NCBI RefSeq assembly: GCF_006345805.1
Contig: NC_042998.1
Location: forward strand, 39,990,001-40,054,000
DNA from: Octopus sinensis
Taxonomy: Eukaryota
Length of the DNA: 64,000 bases
Direction: 5' to 3'
The notes under the pieces are model-generated. The model had not been told where the DNA came from. It ran no database searches and worked only from the letters and a program-made list of their open reading frames with translations. Both the position numbers and the translations under genes were made by a program. Of the stretch, positions 23,992 to 37,125 are shown piece by piece (positions within the stretch are counted from its first letter, which is position 1; each line of letters begins with the position of its first letter).

Positions 23992-26081
23992 ATTTCTTTA
24001 TTATCCATACGGATTAAAACAGATGGGACAATACAATGTTTGGGGTCAACATGGAACTTTTTACAATGAAATCGGATGAGTTATTTACAAAGGAATGAAA
24101 TTACAATGAAAATTAAATAAGGACAAATAAACAAAGAAAATAATGAAGATAAAAGAACAGGATAGCCGACCCCACGGGCCCTGTTATTGTAGCTGCAACC
24201 TTTTGGTAGGTGATCGTGGCGTGTTCATGCAGAGCCTTTCACACCCAGCATCCGAGCGACACGCATCCATCTTTTTTTTAATATAGACTCTGTCAGACAC
24301 CTTTTCTCTAGCTCCACCTTCCTCTTCAGATGGAATCTAAAGAAGTTCGTTAGGGCGGTGCCAGAGGTCATGGTGTCTGACAGTATACCTTTCATTCTGG
24401 TCTTCCATATAACCTCTTTCGCAACTGCTACTATCACGAGAAAGCCATGCTTGCCTTCGTTCGTCATGAAGCGTATGAGGGCCTTCCGGCACTCCGAATA
24501 CCACATACTCGATTTTAGTCTGCGACGAAACCAGCTTTCTCTACCACCAAAACTGGTGAAGCTGGGGAAAGTCTGTTTTGCGAGCGGGGACCACACCCGT
24601 TCACCCTCCAGGTAGAGCCAAAGATGCCTCAGCCTCAGCGCATGTCTGCGCATCAACAGCCAAGGCATCCCTAACCCACCCTTTAACAGCTGTTGACAGC
24701 AGATAGATCGTCTCACAAGAGGAGTGGAACCCTTCCACAGGAAGCGAAAGATTTGCCTCTCCAACTTGCTTACCCATGAGTCTGGACAGGAGACGACGGT
24801 TAAGCGGAATATGATGACCGATGCCATGAACACATTGGCCACCTCCGCCCTCCCTTTCAAGGATAGCCACCGCCAAGACCAAATCCTGACCGCATGAGCC
24901 ACCTTGCTCGTGACCTCCGACCAGTTCTTTTCTATCTGGACCAAACCAGACCCCTAGCAATTTAACCGGGCCCTCCGTCCAGCAACCCACGATGCTGTTC
25001 GGAGGCATCGTCCTGCCAACCCAGGTGCCGAGTTGCAGGCCGACTGACTTTTCCCGGTTGATTTTTGCTCCTGTCACCGTTTCGTATGCCTTGATGATGT
25101 CTCCTACCTTCTGTGGGAGTTCCATCTTGGTCACGATGATGGTGATGTCGTCCGCATACGCAGTAACAGAACCTCCGCCTCCTGGATTCGTCGGGATGAC
25201 GCTCAGCTTTCGCAGTAATGGCTCGAGAGCCATCACATATAAAAGCGGGGAGAGCTGACACCCTTGACGAACTGACTGTTTGATGCGGAATGGCTTAGAG
25301 AGTAGACCGTTTACCCGAACAATCGAGTCGATGTTGTCGTACAACTGTGTAATCCACCCGAGGAAGCCAGTCCCCAGTCCGAACTGTACGAGCACACACA
25401 CCAGGTAACGATGATTCACCTTATCGAATGCTCTACTCTGGTGGACCAATGCCCCACCCTTGCCAGTGTTATTCTCAAATCCCTCTATGGTGTAACGTAT
25501 GAGGTGAAGATTGTCCTGAATAGTTCTTTTGGGGACTGCACAGGTTTGTGCCTCCCCGATCAGATCTTTCACGACACGCGTCAACCTTTTCGTCAATACC
25601 TTGGCCAAAATCTTCACCTCTGCGTTTAGCAGGGTGATGGGCCTGAAATTATCTATTCTGTCCCCCTTGCCCGGGTCTTTCCTGATCAGCGTCATCACTC
25701 CCCGGCGTACAGATCTGGGGATCTTCCCATTCTGATTCCAGTTCGCGAAGACGCTGACCAATATCGGCCCGAACAAGTCTGGCATACTTCTGTATAATTC
25801 GTAGGGTAAACCATCGAGTCCCGGTGCCTTACCTCTGCCACAGTTAGCTATGGCCTCCGTAACCTCCTCAGGTGTGATTGACCCTTCACAGCTCTCCGAC
25901 CCCCCTCCCCGAGAGGCGCGGCAACCCGGTGAGGAGGCCCGTGAGGTCCACCCCCACATCCGGACCACCCTCGCACCCGAAAAGGTGGGCGAAGTGCTCC
26001 TGAAAGGTCCGACACATCTCCTCTGGTTTGTTTACCACATCACCCTTCTTGTTCGTCACAGACTTAACTGTGGAATCGTTT
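23992..26081 (-). mobile_element. 5'-truncated Tx1/L1-clade non-LTR retrotransposon with 14-bp TSD, inserted in a SINE
   Basis: ORFs 24601-25968 and 24225-24944 encode an RT (GKAPGLDGLPYELY, NFRPITLLNAEVKILAK, VRQGCQLSP, YADD) and C-terminal region, with a frameshift near 24945. TSD CCGACGTAGCCACA at 23978-23991 and 26082-26095. Confidence 0.9.
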
Positions 26082-27817
26082 CCGACGTAGCCACAGTCTA
26101 CTGAAACAAGTAGAAGAAAAGTATTTTCTTTTCCACAGAAATTGTACCTTTACAACAGTGAGAGAATCAATTAGATTTTACTTTATTATCTCCCTTATGG
26201 TTTTAAAGTCTGATCAAAAGAGGGCGCTACAATCATTCTTGTCTATAAATTCATTTGACTTTCCTTTCCGCTTCCTTTTAGCTAATGAGTGTAACCGTGC
26301 GTAGTTTACAGTTTAAAATGTTTTGTGTAGACTCGCTAGTTAAAAGTTGATGACTGTCATTATATGTGAATTTCCCGCTACCCGTAAAAGGAACAGGTTA
26401 TTTCACAGCATAAATACGTATCATTAATTTCCTTCTGTGAGACATTTAGTTGAAAAATAATTTCGGATGTATACTTAATTTGTTATTGTAATTAATGACT
26501 TAGGATGTAATAGCAGTTTTTTGGGAACAGCACATGCAGATAAATTTCCACATGTACCGGTCCAGGTAATGGATAATATCTTTGTAATGATGATAATGTC
26601 TGATTTGATTCCTGATAAATTCAAATTAGCTCTATCTGAACTACCTTGCATAGTGCTATTTTAAAATATTCATCCTAGAAATTTCTAAAAACACGTGCGG
26701 CTATCTTCCATTTTAATTTCTTTAAGAAAAATTTTTCTGTTATTTAATATTATCAATTAGTTGATTACTTTTCTCCCTTCATTCAGATGTTTCCACAAAT
26801 TTCCATCCACTTCTAGAAATGTACAGACCTAGTTTCAGCTACACGGATGTATATATATATCGTCTTTATTGTGTAGTATCGTGTATATTCCTAAAGGCGG
26901 GCATGTTGGTTATTGGAGCGGGATAGTTTTTTTTTAATGAATTAAGGGTGTGCTGTCAGTTTTTTCACAAGATAAAAAGATAATGTTACTTGTAAAGTCT
27001 TCTTATGATGTTAATCTATCAACTTACTGATGTTCAATCAAACGATGTTATGACTTCACCAACGCTGAGGAAGACTTTCTAGTAACTTTTGAAGTATAGT
27101 TTCCTTTTAAGTAATTTTCATGTAATTTGTAGTTTATTCTGAATATTTTCGAATGTTTAGATGCATTCCATAATTTTTGTAGAAAAATGAAAGGTATAAC
27201 TGAAACGATATTTTGGGGGATTAATTTAGCATGGCATAAATATATAACGTTGCGTTTTTTTTAAAAAAAAGTTTTCTTTATGGAGTCGCGTAAACCTTTA
27301 AACTGAAATTCAAAATTATTCAGATGTCTCGCTATACTTTCTAGAGGATTGATTTGAAATCATTGGCTAACTCAGGCTTTTTAGTTTTAAACGCTTTTAA
27401 ATCTATTTTTTTAAAGCCCTCTGTGTCTAATAGAACTTTTATTTTAAATTGCTCGCACGTTCATGTGTTGCTTTCTGCATTTCTCGGAAATGTATAGTTG
27501 GGAATGTATTTATGAGTGTTACTATTTAAGAGTAGACCCGACACGCGCACTCACGCCAGTCAGTAGACGGACGCACGCATAAATCAGTGGCACCCGCGAT
27601 AAAAAAAACAACCTCCGCGTATGAAGGTGTGTTTATCTGTCTGTCTATCAAATAAAACGAACAACCAATTGAATGAATGAAAATAAAAATTTTGAATTTG
27701 AAATATGTTACTCAAAAGTAGTCATGAGGAAGGCATAACTACAGGTTTCTGTCCCCCGACTTTGGTTGATGATAACTTTCAGAAAAATAGATATTTTTTA
27801 ATGAAATTGTCTACAAA

Positions 27818-28165
27818 CCCAAACGACCTTAACATTAGCTTCAAGGTTCATCCAAGACTGGGACCACGTGCCATACGTCCTCTGCCCAATTCAAGATCAC
27901 AACATACATGTACACTGCAACATAATTTCTTTTCCTCAACAGGCCCTGCCCTATTTAACATTGCCCCGAGGGAGATCAAAGAGGAACAGGATCCCATCAA
28001 CTTTAAACGGAGTCTGGATAGATTCCTTCAAAGAATACCAGATAAGTCACCCATAATTGGATACAACTCACTACTTGATTTAAACGGGATTCGAATAATC
28101 CTATCAGGTGGTGCTATTAAGTTAGACATGGCCTAGACCAATCTTTGGTCGAAACATATCTAAGT
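27818..28165 (+). mobile_element. 3' fragment of a CR1/Jockey-group LINE nested in a MITE-like repeat
   Basis: Peptide GPALFNIAPREIK...FKRSLDRFLQRIPD is typical of this ORF2 C-terminus. The flanks tctacaaa|tatatcatgtagatt rejoin into the repeat seen intact near 28300-28335. Confidence 0.65.
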
Positions 28166-28919
28166 TATATCATGTAGATTTCGAATATTCAAAACCTGTC
28201 GGGGAAAGTGTTTTAGGAGGGGTGGGGAATTTCGGAAAATTCACCGGCGTTCACTTCTATTCGTCTTAACTTTCAAGAAAATGGATATTTTTTTTAATGA
28301 AATTCTCTACAAATATACCTCGGACTATGTAGATTCCAAGAACGTAGGTATTTTGGAGGAAAACAACTGGGGGTTAATTTTTGAGAACCGTTCCCCACTC
28401 GAGGGTGTTTCGGAACCAGTTTTCCCATATTTGTTTCATTTTCTCCGGTTTGTGCATCCGTAGATTTCTAGCACTCACACATGTAATTTTAAAAGTTCAA
28501 ACGGGGAATTATTCCATTCAATATCCTGTTTCGGCGATCCTTCGTTTTGAGCAGTTTATATCACTTCTTAAACCACGTGCATTTGTTTATGTTTCTGAAC
28601 AAGGTCGTCGCTTTCCGTAAAATGAAAAAACATTTTTTACATATGTGGAGGGAGGGGATCTTTTGAAGTCGGCGTAAAAGCGAAAGAGAGAGCACGATTG
28701 GATCAGGGAAGTTATCTTTTGAAGTCAGCGTAAAGTGGAAGAATTGATCGGGTGTGCGAGACAAAGTGGTGTGTGTGGAGACTGAGTAATGGTGCTGGTG
28801 TGTGTGTATGAGGGAGATAACTGAAATTGTTTTTCACTTTTCGTAGTGATTGATAGAGAAAAAGAGAGAGAGAGGTTATATATTTATATGTGAGTGGCCT
28901 CAGTGACACATACATGTAT

Positions 28920-28964
<45 letters not shown>

Positions 28965-30052
28965 ATATATATATATATACATAGCTGTACATATATATAT
29001 ATATATAAACATAGAAGGATATATATAGATAGATGTATATATATATATATATATCCTTGATCACATTGTAAAAATCTTTAGCCAACATCTTATGGGTTTT
29101 TAGAAATTGAAAAGAAAACTAAGAAGTAATCTACCTTGTATATCGAATGCTGAAGTAGCACTGATACAGTTGTGAATCTCTGAAGTAGAAAAAAAGGGAC
29201 CTTTTTCATTTGTGATCCTATTAGCGAAATCTTCATATATTCCCTGCAAACATATTACATCACCAATTATTCCCATTATTGTATCGATTAGTTTGAATTA
29301 CAGTGTCTAGTATAGTCTAAAACACGTTTGATTTGCTACTCATTTTTTGAATTTAAAAAAATGTTAAAAAAATAAATGGTGCATTAAAATATATATTATC
29401 ACCATCATAGCTATTTTGTCTTTCAACATATTTATGGCTTTGATTTGTAGGAACTCAAAAGGATGATGACCCATGTCAAAAATATGCGAGAGTGCTGCAC
29501 AAATTGATAGTGGTAAAGAAATTCATAGGAGTTGCAGTTAGGAAGAACCCTATTGTAGCCAGGAATCTATTACCTGTTTATCCAATTGGGCTTTATTATA
29601 AACTAGCTTTGGAGGCACATGGCCTAGTGGTTAGAGCAGCGGACTCGCAGTTGAGGGATTGTGGGTTTGAATCTCAGACTGGGTGATGTGTGTGTTTATG
29701 AGCGAAACACCTCCGGCAGAAGGTAATGGTGAACTTCTGCTGACTCTTTTGCCACAACTTTCACTGTGTCCTCCTGCGACGGACCGGCGTCCTGTCCAGA
29801 TGGGGAACCTATACACCAAGGAAACTGGCCCTATGAGCCAGGTGTGGCTCGAGAAGGAACAAACAACAAACTAGCTTAAGAGCTGCACTCTGTGCGGACT
29901 TTTAAGCTAGCCTGTGGAGGGCTAATTGGACCTTCAGCCCCAAACTGAAGAGAGCAATAGTAATAAAACTTTTATTGGTATCCTACCATCTCAGATTTAT
30001 ATCACAGAACATCACATTTTGGAGAATTTTATACCACTGTGACATTTGAAGA

Positions 30053-30280
30053 TCACTGTAAAGCAACAGGAACAACATTCTTGGTTTTACCATTTGGTGT
30101 TAGTAGGAAGAGATTGTTGCCATTTCCAACTCTAGAACAACCAACATAGAGCTGAACATGGAAAAAGTACTGCTGCATGAAGTGAAGTCCAACAATTTCG
30201 AGTGATTGTCCTTGACTCTTGTCAATTGTATTATTGTAGGTAACTGTCACAAAGTTTGGTATTAAATTCAAAAAGCTTTG
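30053..30280 (-). mobile_element. Helitron RepHel fragment (PIF1 helicase C-terminus)
   Basis: TIDKSQGQSLEIVGL...HVQLYVGCSRVG...GKTKNVV matches the PIF1 helicase C-terminal motifs and the Helitron C-terminus. Confidence 0.85.
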
Positions 30281-31596
30281 GTCAGTTTTCTAACACTTGC
30301 GTTTATTATTATAGCTAAGCGAGGTAAATCTTATAAACCATTTGAAACCTCTCACAGTCGCCTTGCCTGCTAGAAATAGCCCAAATGCTCTTACATCAGA
30401 TCTCAATGCCAAATGTTGAAGAACCAAAAGAAGGTCAGGTTTTCAATCCCAGGATCATCCTGATTCCAAAAAAGTATATCTATGTTGAGCAAATATAGAC
30501 TGAGATACAGGGGTCCTGAACAGACAGAATTTCATTCTATTTAGAAGGTAAAAAAAGGCCCAGAGCCAGTGAGATATAGGTTTGAGCATTTCTAGGTAAT
30601 GATCTCTGTATAGTTCTATAGAGCAACTTGAGAGAATCATCAAGAAAAATATACTTATTTACCTTAATTATTTGTAGAATTTGGTGAGCTATACTTGATG
30701 AGGCTATGACAAACCTAAAGAAGAAATGAGCAAACGGGCACAGGATGAAGAAAGGCTACTTATGGAAAAAAAAAACACTGGAAGTAACTCATTGTAATAA
30801 TCTCAACACAATCCATGTGAGAAACAGATGAAAGAATAAAACTTCAGTGAATAGTGAAAAAATTTGTTTGTTGAAAGTATTAAGCTCCAAGGTCCAGGTT
30901 CTTCTGGCTGACAAGATGCAACAAGTCAAAACATGGGTTGCTGCATGGTTACTGCTATGCTCAGTTTGGTTGTGGTGGCTGCATGGATGGCATGAACACC
31001 AGGCTATAATATGGGCCAAAAGACTAGACATTCCTAATTGCAACTGCTATTCATCATTGCTGGAGGGTGCAGTAGTCAGAAGGTGCTGAAATAGTTGGGA
31101 TCTCCAGTTACAGCTGAAGAGGATTTTAGTGTGGGTACTCTGTAAAATACTGCAGACAGCTCACAAGAGCTATCTACACACTCAAGATAACTACCAAATT
31201 TTCACAGTAATATTATATAATAAAGGTGTGAGCTAGCAGAATTGTTAGAGTGCCAGACAAAATGCTTAGTGTAATGTCTTTTGGCTCTGTATATTCACAG
31301 CTCTAACTCTGCCAAGGTCAACTATCCTCTTTTGGCGTTCATAAAATAAATCCCAGTTGAGTATTGGGTTTATGTTATCTAACTTTTCCTCCTCAAAATT
31401 GCTGGCCTTGTACCAAAGTTAGAATAAAATATATGGGCATGGTTATGTGGTAAGAAGCTTGCTTCCCAACCACATGGTTCCACATTGTCCCACTGCAAGG
31501 CACCTTGGGTAAATATCTTCTACTATAACCTTGTGAGTGAATTTTATAGATAGAAACTGAAAGAAGCCTGTTGTGTGTATATATATATATATATAT

Positions 31597-32490
31597 ACTA
31601 GCATTAAAGACCCGTCGTTGCCGGGTCATAGTGCTAGTGCATGTATATATGTGTACATATAACATGTACATCTATATATATACATCTACACACAAAATAC
31701 AAAGTTATATCTTGATATCGCTAGTGATAACAATACTCAAAATATATAACAGACTGGAATTGTTAGCCTGTCTCTTGTAATTTCGATCAATTGTATCTTG
31801 TCCTCCCTCTTGTATAGAAGTGTGGCTACAATCCAGCCTACCTCTACTTCTTTGGGCATTTAAAATTTTTTTCTGGAACGTCCTACATCCCAGATATAAA
31901 GGTAAAAATAAAATATTTCCACCTTGCAAGTTTGAGTCGAGTACTCCCTTGCACACTCTGTTGACTCGAACCTTGCTTCTATTGTGACAAATCTTTTTTC
32001 TCTACATTGTATACCTTATAGACAATAGTCTTTTCTTTAATTTAATTTTTTTATTATCCATCTGGATTATTCCGTTTCTGCACGCTAATTTTATTTTTAA
32101 TTTATTCCCATTCATGTGAAACCACTTATTCAAGTTCAAATCATTGATGCAATTTTATACCAATTGCTATTTTTACTTTTGTTATGTTACAATTATATTA
32201 TACTTTAGTTTGATTTTAATTATTACTTACTACATATAATTCAATTGTTATTATTATTTTTATTGTTAAAGTGAAAGCATCTGATATAAAATAGAGAAAT
32301 ATTTTTGTTTCCCTTTTAACACGTAATACTGAAAGTGGAGAAGATATGATATTGCTATGGGCTCGCTCTAGGCAAGAAGTTGAACTTTTTTTTTTGCCCA
32401 TGAAACTACATGTGTAAAATTTGAATGAAATTGGTTGTGTAGTTCTCAAGTTTTAGGGAAACAGACACACATTCTCAGTTTTATATATAT
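31597..32490 (-). mobile_element. Probable non-autonomous Helitron
   Basis: Minus-strand 5' end TCTTTATATATATAAAACTGAG at about 32490; 3' hairpin cccggcaacgacggg followed by CTAGT at 31597. That the two ends belong to one element is inferred. Confidence 0.45.
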
Positions 32491-33043
32491 AAAGATATAT
32501 ATTTGTGTGTGTGTGTACCTGTGTTTTTCCACCAGTCACTGCTTGACAACTGGTGTTTACATCCCTGTAACATAGCAGTTCGGCAAAAAATAAAAGAACA
32601 AAAGAAAAACAACTAATTTAACTAGTTTTAGCAATTCTCATTGCCAATTGTTTCCAACAAAAAAATTGATCAACCTTGGATAGGAATATTTCTTGAGTTA
32701 AAAAGGAGTCCCACATTGGGACAATTCTTTGTCCTTGTTCATTTGATATAGATGCTTCTCTAATATAAACAATGATATTACATCTGAAGATAAACACAAA
32801 TATCAATCAGTTACCCTACCCTATTGGTGACACTCAAAAGAATATCTGCTTGAATAAAAGACAATTTCAGATCAACAAAAAGCATTTCTGTATAAATAAA
32901 TCACCTGCATTTTGAATTTAAGTGTGAAAATGGCTCCAACATTGATTGTTTGGGCTATAAATTGTCACTACATTAATCCCTTTTTATTTAGATGGAAAAA
33001 TTTTCACCAACATCCTTTTGTTTTGTGTAGGGGTCTGGATTAA

Positions 33044-33256
33044 CCCTTTAACATTCAGATCATTCTGTCAAATGTAATGTTTATTCATTCACATTGTTTT
33101 GAATTAATCATGCATTACCTCAGCTTCAAGATTTTGAGGAAGTGATTGTTTATTTTTAGAATGACATTGTGGGGTAGGTATGAGAGGTCAGATTTGGCAG
33201 CTCAAACATAAAACAGAAAATCTGGGCTAGATGTGGCCAGTTTAAATGCTAAAGGG
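33044..33256. mobile_element. piggyBac-type MITE (about 215 bp)
   Basis: TTAA|CCCTTTAACATT...AATGCTAAAGGG|TTGA; sister copies at 33803-34017 and 63348-63569, partial copy at about 38525-38700. Confidence 0.75.
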
Positions 33257-33802
33257 TTGAATAAAGGCACTAAGTCTCCTAAAAATGATTGCTCTAGTGT
33301 AATTATATTCCAAGGCCATATGTTGCTATTTGTCATGATTTAGAGTTCTATGAATTTTAGTGCTATTAAGTTATTACCACATTTCATGCTTCAGTTAGTT
33401 TCTGCTTAGATCAAGTTCTTCATGAAAACAGAAAGTTGTTTCAAAACAAAGCTGGAATAAAATACAGAAAAAAACCCAGCTTTGAATAGTTTAAGAAAGG
33501 AAATATTGTATCCTGGTTATATTAAACCATAATAGTACTTCATGATACATGATATGACATTGTTTTTGATTCCTATATACTGCATATAAAATTATAAATT
33601 AGTTTTCTGCAGAATTCACAGGGTGCAAATGCCCTGAAAATACATACGGTCTACTTCAGCTTTTTATGAGTGCATTTCTGTTTTCAGTATAATCAAGATT
33701 TTGACTGAGTTAAGTAAAATATATATGCAGCTTTATAATTGGTATATTATTTTAGTGACCAAATCAAATCTTATATTATAATGAGATTCTGTTAGAGTTT
33801 AA

Positions 33803-34017
33803 CCTTTTAGCATTCAGATTATTTTGTCAGATGTAATGCTTATTTATTTACATTGCTTGGAATTAATCATGTATTATCTTGTATTTTTGAGATTTCAATG
33901 ATGTAACTTTATTTTCAGAATGACATTGTAGGGTAGGTGGGAGAGGCAGGATCTGATCATTTTGAACCTAAAACAGAATATTTTGACTGGATATGGCCAG
34001 TTTAAATGCTAAAAAGG
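33803..34017. mobile_element. piggyBac-type MITE
   Basis: TTAA flanks on both sides, termini CCTTTTAGCATT/AATGCTAAAAAGG, body homologous to 33044-33256. Confidence 0.75.
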
Positions 34018-36792
34018 TTAATATCAAGATGAACACTTCAGTATAGGTGAATTGGTATTAATAAGGTTATAAGAAAAAAACATGAGACAGATCGTTTTTT
34101 TTTTTTTTTACAAAAAGTAAATTTTATTGCCTGAACTCATTTGTTTTCACAAATTTATAAATATTACTGAACTCTTATTACTATTTTTCATAAATTGAGG
34201 TTTTAACTATTTTTATAGAACCAGATGAGTAATTTTAGATTAGTTTCATTGCATGAATACCCTCTTCACCCATATTTTATATTTCAAGAAATATTTTTAC
34301 TTTTGTTAAATAAGATAGGAGTTAAAGAGCTGTAATTTGTGTTTTCTTTTTGATGTTTAACTCCAGGTCAACTCTTAACCATCAGGTCTATGATCCAAAG
34401 TATTCTAGCGATGGCCATCCTGTCTTTTTAGGGCTATGTAGGACATTAATCAAAATGTCCTATCCTTACTTAAAATAGCAGGGTGCAATTTGAGGGAAAT
34501 TTGCCTGCTTTTTCTCTATCAGTCAATAACTAGTATATTGAAGTATACCAGTTATTGATTGACAGTAAACAACAATGGCAGGGATAAAATAAAAATTCAA
34601 AGATAGAATTACAACAAATTCAACTGGAAGAATTTTGGAAGGTATCACAATGGGAAAGGCTCTAAACACCCAATTTATTTTGTCTCTGAACAACAGCTGA
34701 ATTTAAGGACCAGCACATATACATACATGAAAACCTTGGACTTTCATGATTATTTCTCAATCTCAACACAAAACTTGTGGGGAGATCAGAGAAAGAGAAG
34801 AAGGGGCTAGTACATCATATCCAGTTATCTTTCACAATGTAGCTTTACTGAAGCTTAATGTGAGGGGGAAAATAGACTTGTACCAAGAATTATTGAAGAG
34901 AATGTGAGAAAAGTAACTCAAATTTGTAAACAGGAAGTGGTTATTTTATAAACAATATAGCTTTGTCTTATTAAAAGCACCCCCAAATAGTTAACTTACT
35001 GAGTAATCCAAATTCACATTAGGTAAGTATTTATTTGGAGAAATTAGATGACTGTACTTTTAAAATTATTATAATGGAGTCAATTTCTCCATATTAAAAA
35101 GAAATAATCCATGTATTCTTATTGTAAACATAAAATTTCCCCACCTGCATCTATCTTTTTACAAGAATTATTTATGGAACTAAGCATAACAAATTCATGC
35201 ATATGGAGTGAAGGAGAAAAAATAGCTATACAAAAGACTTTGAAACTTATACATTGTTAATGATTAACTTTGAAAATTACAAATAGTTGTTTTTAACATT
35301 GACTGCTTTAAAGAGCTTGATGTATACACATAGATGACTTGGTTATAATGCTCAAATAAAGTAATGTAAAAACTTAAGACTTTGTGCCTCATTTCACATT
35401 TTCTTCACCTCTTTTATGTATGGATGTATACTCAGTGTTACTATTGAGGTCCACTAAATTCTTCTCTAGGACAAGACCACCAAGGCATAAAAATCTCTGC
35501 TCAGCTTGTCATAAGCTTGGTGGTGGTAGAGCATTTGTACAGCCATATACATTTATCTTTACGTACAGGGTATATGTTTCAGGTCATCGATGAATTTAAT
35601 CTGCTGAAACTATAGCATTTATACTTGCTGTGTTTAAATTGGATATTTTGACTTTGTACAAAATGACATGCAAATCTTGGTGATTACTGATTAATGAGAT
35701 GTTTGATTTAAAAACAATAAAATACACAGCAAAACTGACCCAAGTCGTCACTTATTTCTTCTAATTAATATCCGAGAGTATGGCAAACAGGTCAGAAACA
35801 TAAGGCTGTACTATTTAGTTACATCCTTTTATGTTCAGAATTTAAATTCAGCTGAGTTCAATAATTCAACCAGTAATATACTGGCTGAATCATTCAACCA
35901 TAAACCTCCTATAGTTTGGCAATGTCAATTTAATTTTCATAATATCAAGACGTAAATTTTTTTCTCTTTCCTTATTTTCCATAAAAATATTTACATTACA
36001 TTCTTTTTTCTTTGCATTTAGGTAATTCTTACTCATATGTTTAATCAGCAATCAAAAATTTTGGACCACTTTCTTATGAAGGAAGGTTGATCCAAATATA
36101 TTACTCAGTTACATGACAACTTTTCATAACATTTCAGATTAAAAACTAGACAAGATTTTAATACACGTATAATATTAAAACTATTGCATTTTATCATGAT
36201 ATATATATTTTCATTTCAATGCCTTTTCAATATTTAACAGCTCATCTATTATATAAATAAAATGAAATCAGCATAAAAAATAGGTAATATACTAAAGGAT
36301 TATTGGTCTGTATGATATTTATCAATTGGCATAATGCATTAACTTCAGTAAAACATTTATATCATCTTTATACAGGATAGAATACAATTTTGCCAAAGAG
36401 ACTCCCAATATAAATATTTTTTTAGTATTGCTCCCTGGATTGCATTCAAATTTTTTGGGATTTTTTAATAGCATTATTATGAAGGAAATCTGTAGGTAAA
36501 GTAAATGTATTTTACAACATAATCTTTACCTTGGTAACAAATAAATGTATTATTACTGTAGAACATAATTTAAATCAGAGAATTAACACCACTATTTCAC
36601 ATTTTTGATGATTTAAATAACATATAGTTAAAGAGTCTTTGAATAAAATTTATAATACAGCTCTTTAAAAATCTGCACAACTGAAATCATATTTTCTTCA
36701 GAATGTTCTTTTTTTACAACCGTTTTGTTTATTTTTCTGTGATGAAAAATGGCAAAAGAAAAAAAAAATTTTGAATGAATTTTTTTATATAT

Positions 36793-37125
36793 TTAAGAAT
36801 TATAGATTGGTAATGGATGAGCTTCACTGTTAAATACATATTTGTCCAAAGGAATAATAGCATCACCTTCTGCGAAAAGTAAATAGAAATATTTCAGGGT
36901 TTCTGCTAAAAAGAAACTTTCCATTTTATCTGTAAAGCCAGGATTGGTAATACTTTTGACATTATTGATAGCAGAATAACCAGCATTAGGGAGCTTGGTA
37001 TATTTCTCAAAAGCTTGGAATATCATCCAACCCCACTCTTGGTATTTTTTATCTTTAGTAATTTGGTATAAATAAAAAAGGCTTTCCACTGTTTCTGGTC
37101 GATGAAGATTGTGAGCATCTACTGC
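36793..37125 (-). CDS. MAN1B1: ER alpha-1,2-mannosidase (GH47), last coding exon
   Basis: Acceptor ctttacag, phase 0. Encodes [20 protein letters not shown]...[19 protein letters not shown]...[14 protein letters not shown], with the RPE catalytic Glu motif; TAA at 36793-36795. Confidence 0.95.
   Translation of the reverse strand, partial: AVDAHNLHRPETVESLFYLYQITKDKKYQEWGWMIFQAFEKYTKLPNAGYSAINNVKSITNPGFTDKMESFFLAETLKYFYLLFAEGDAIIPLDKYVFNSEAHPLPIYNS

Noticed and set aside
30847-31089. Trp-rich 80-aa ORF
   Set aside because: No recognisable family or splice context; expected by chance.
34095-34130. Minus-strand AATAAA followed by a genomic A-run
   Set aside because: No upstream retrocopy or TSD identified; cannot be distinguished from chance.
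35384-35620. Apparent plus-strand exon (TRPPRHKNLCSACHKLGGGRAF)
   Set aside because: The nearest upstream donor (35022) has an in-frame stop just before it and no protein family was recognised; mentioned only under the CpG finding.
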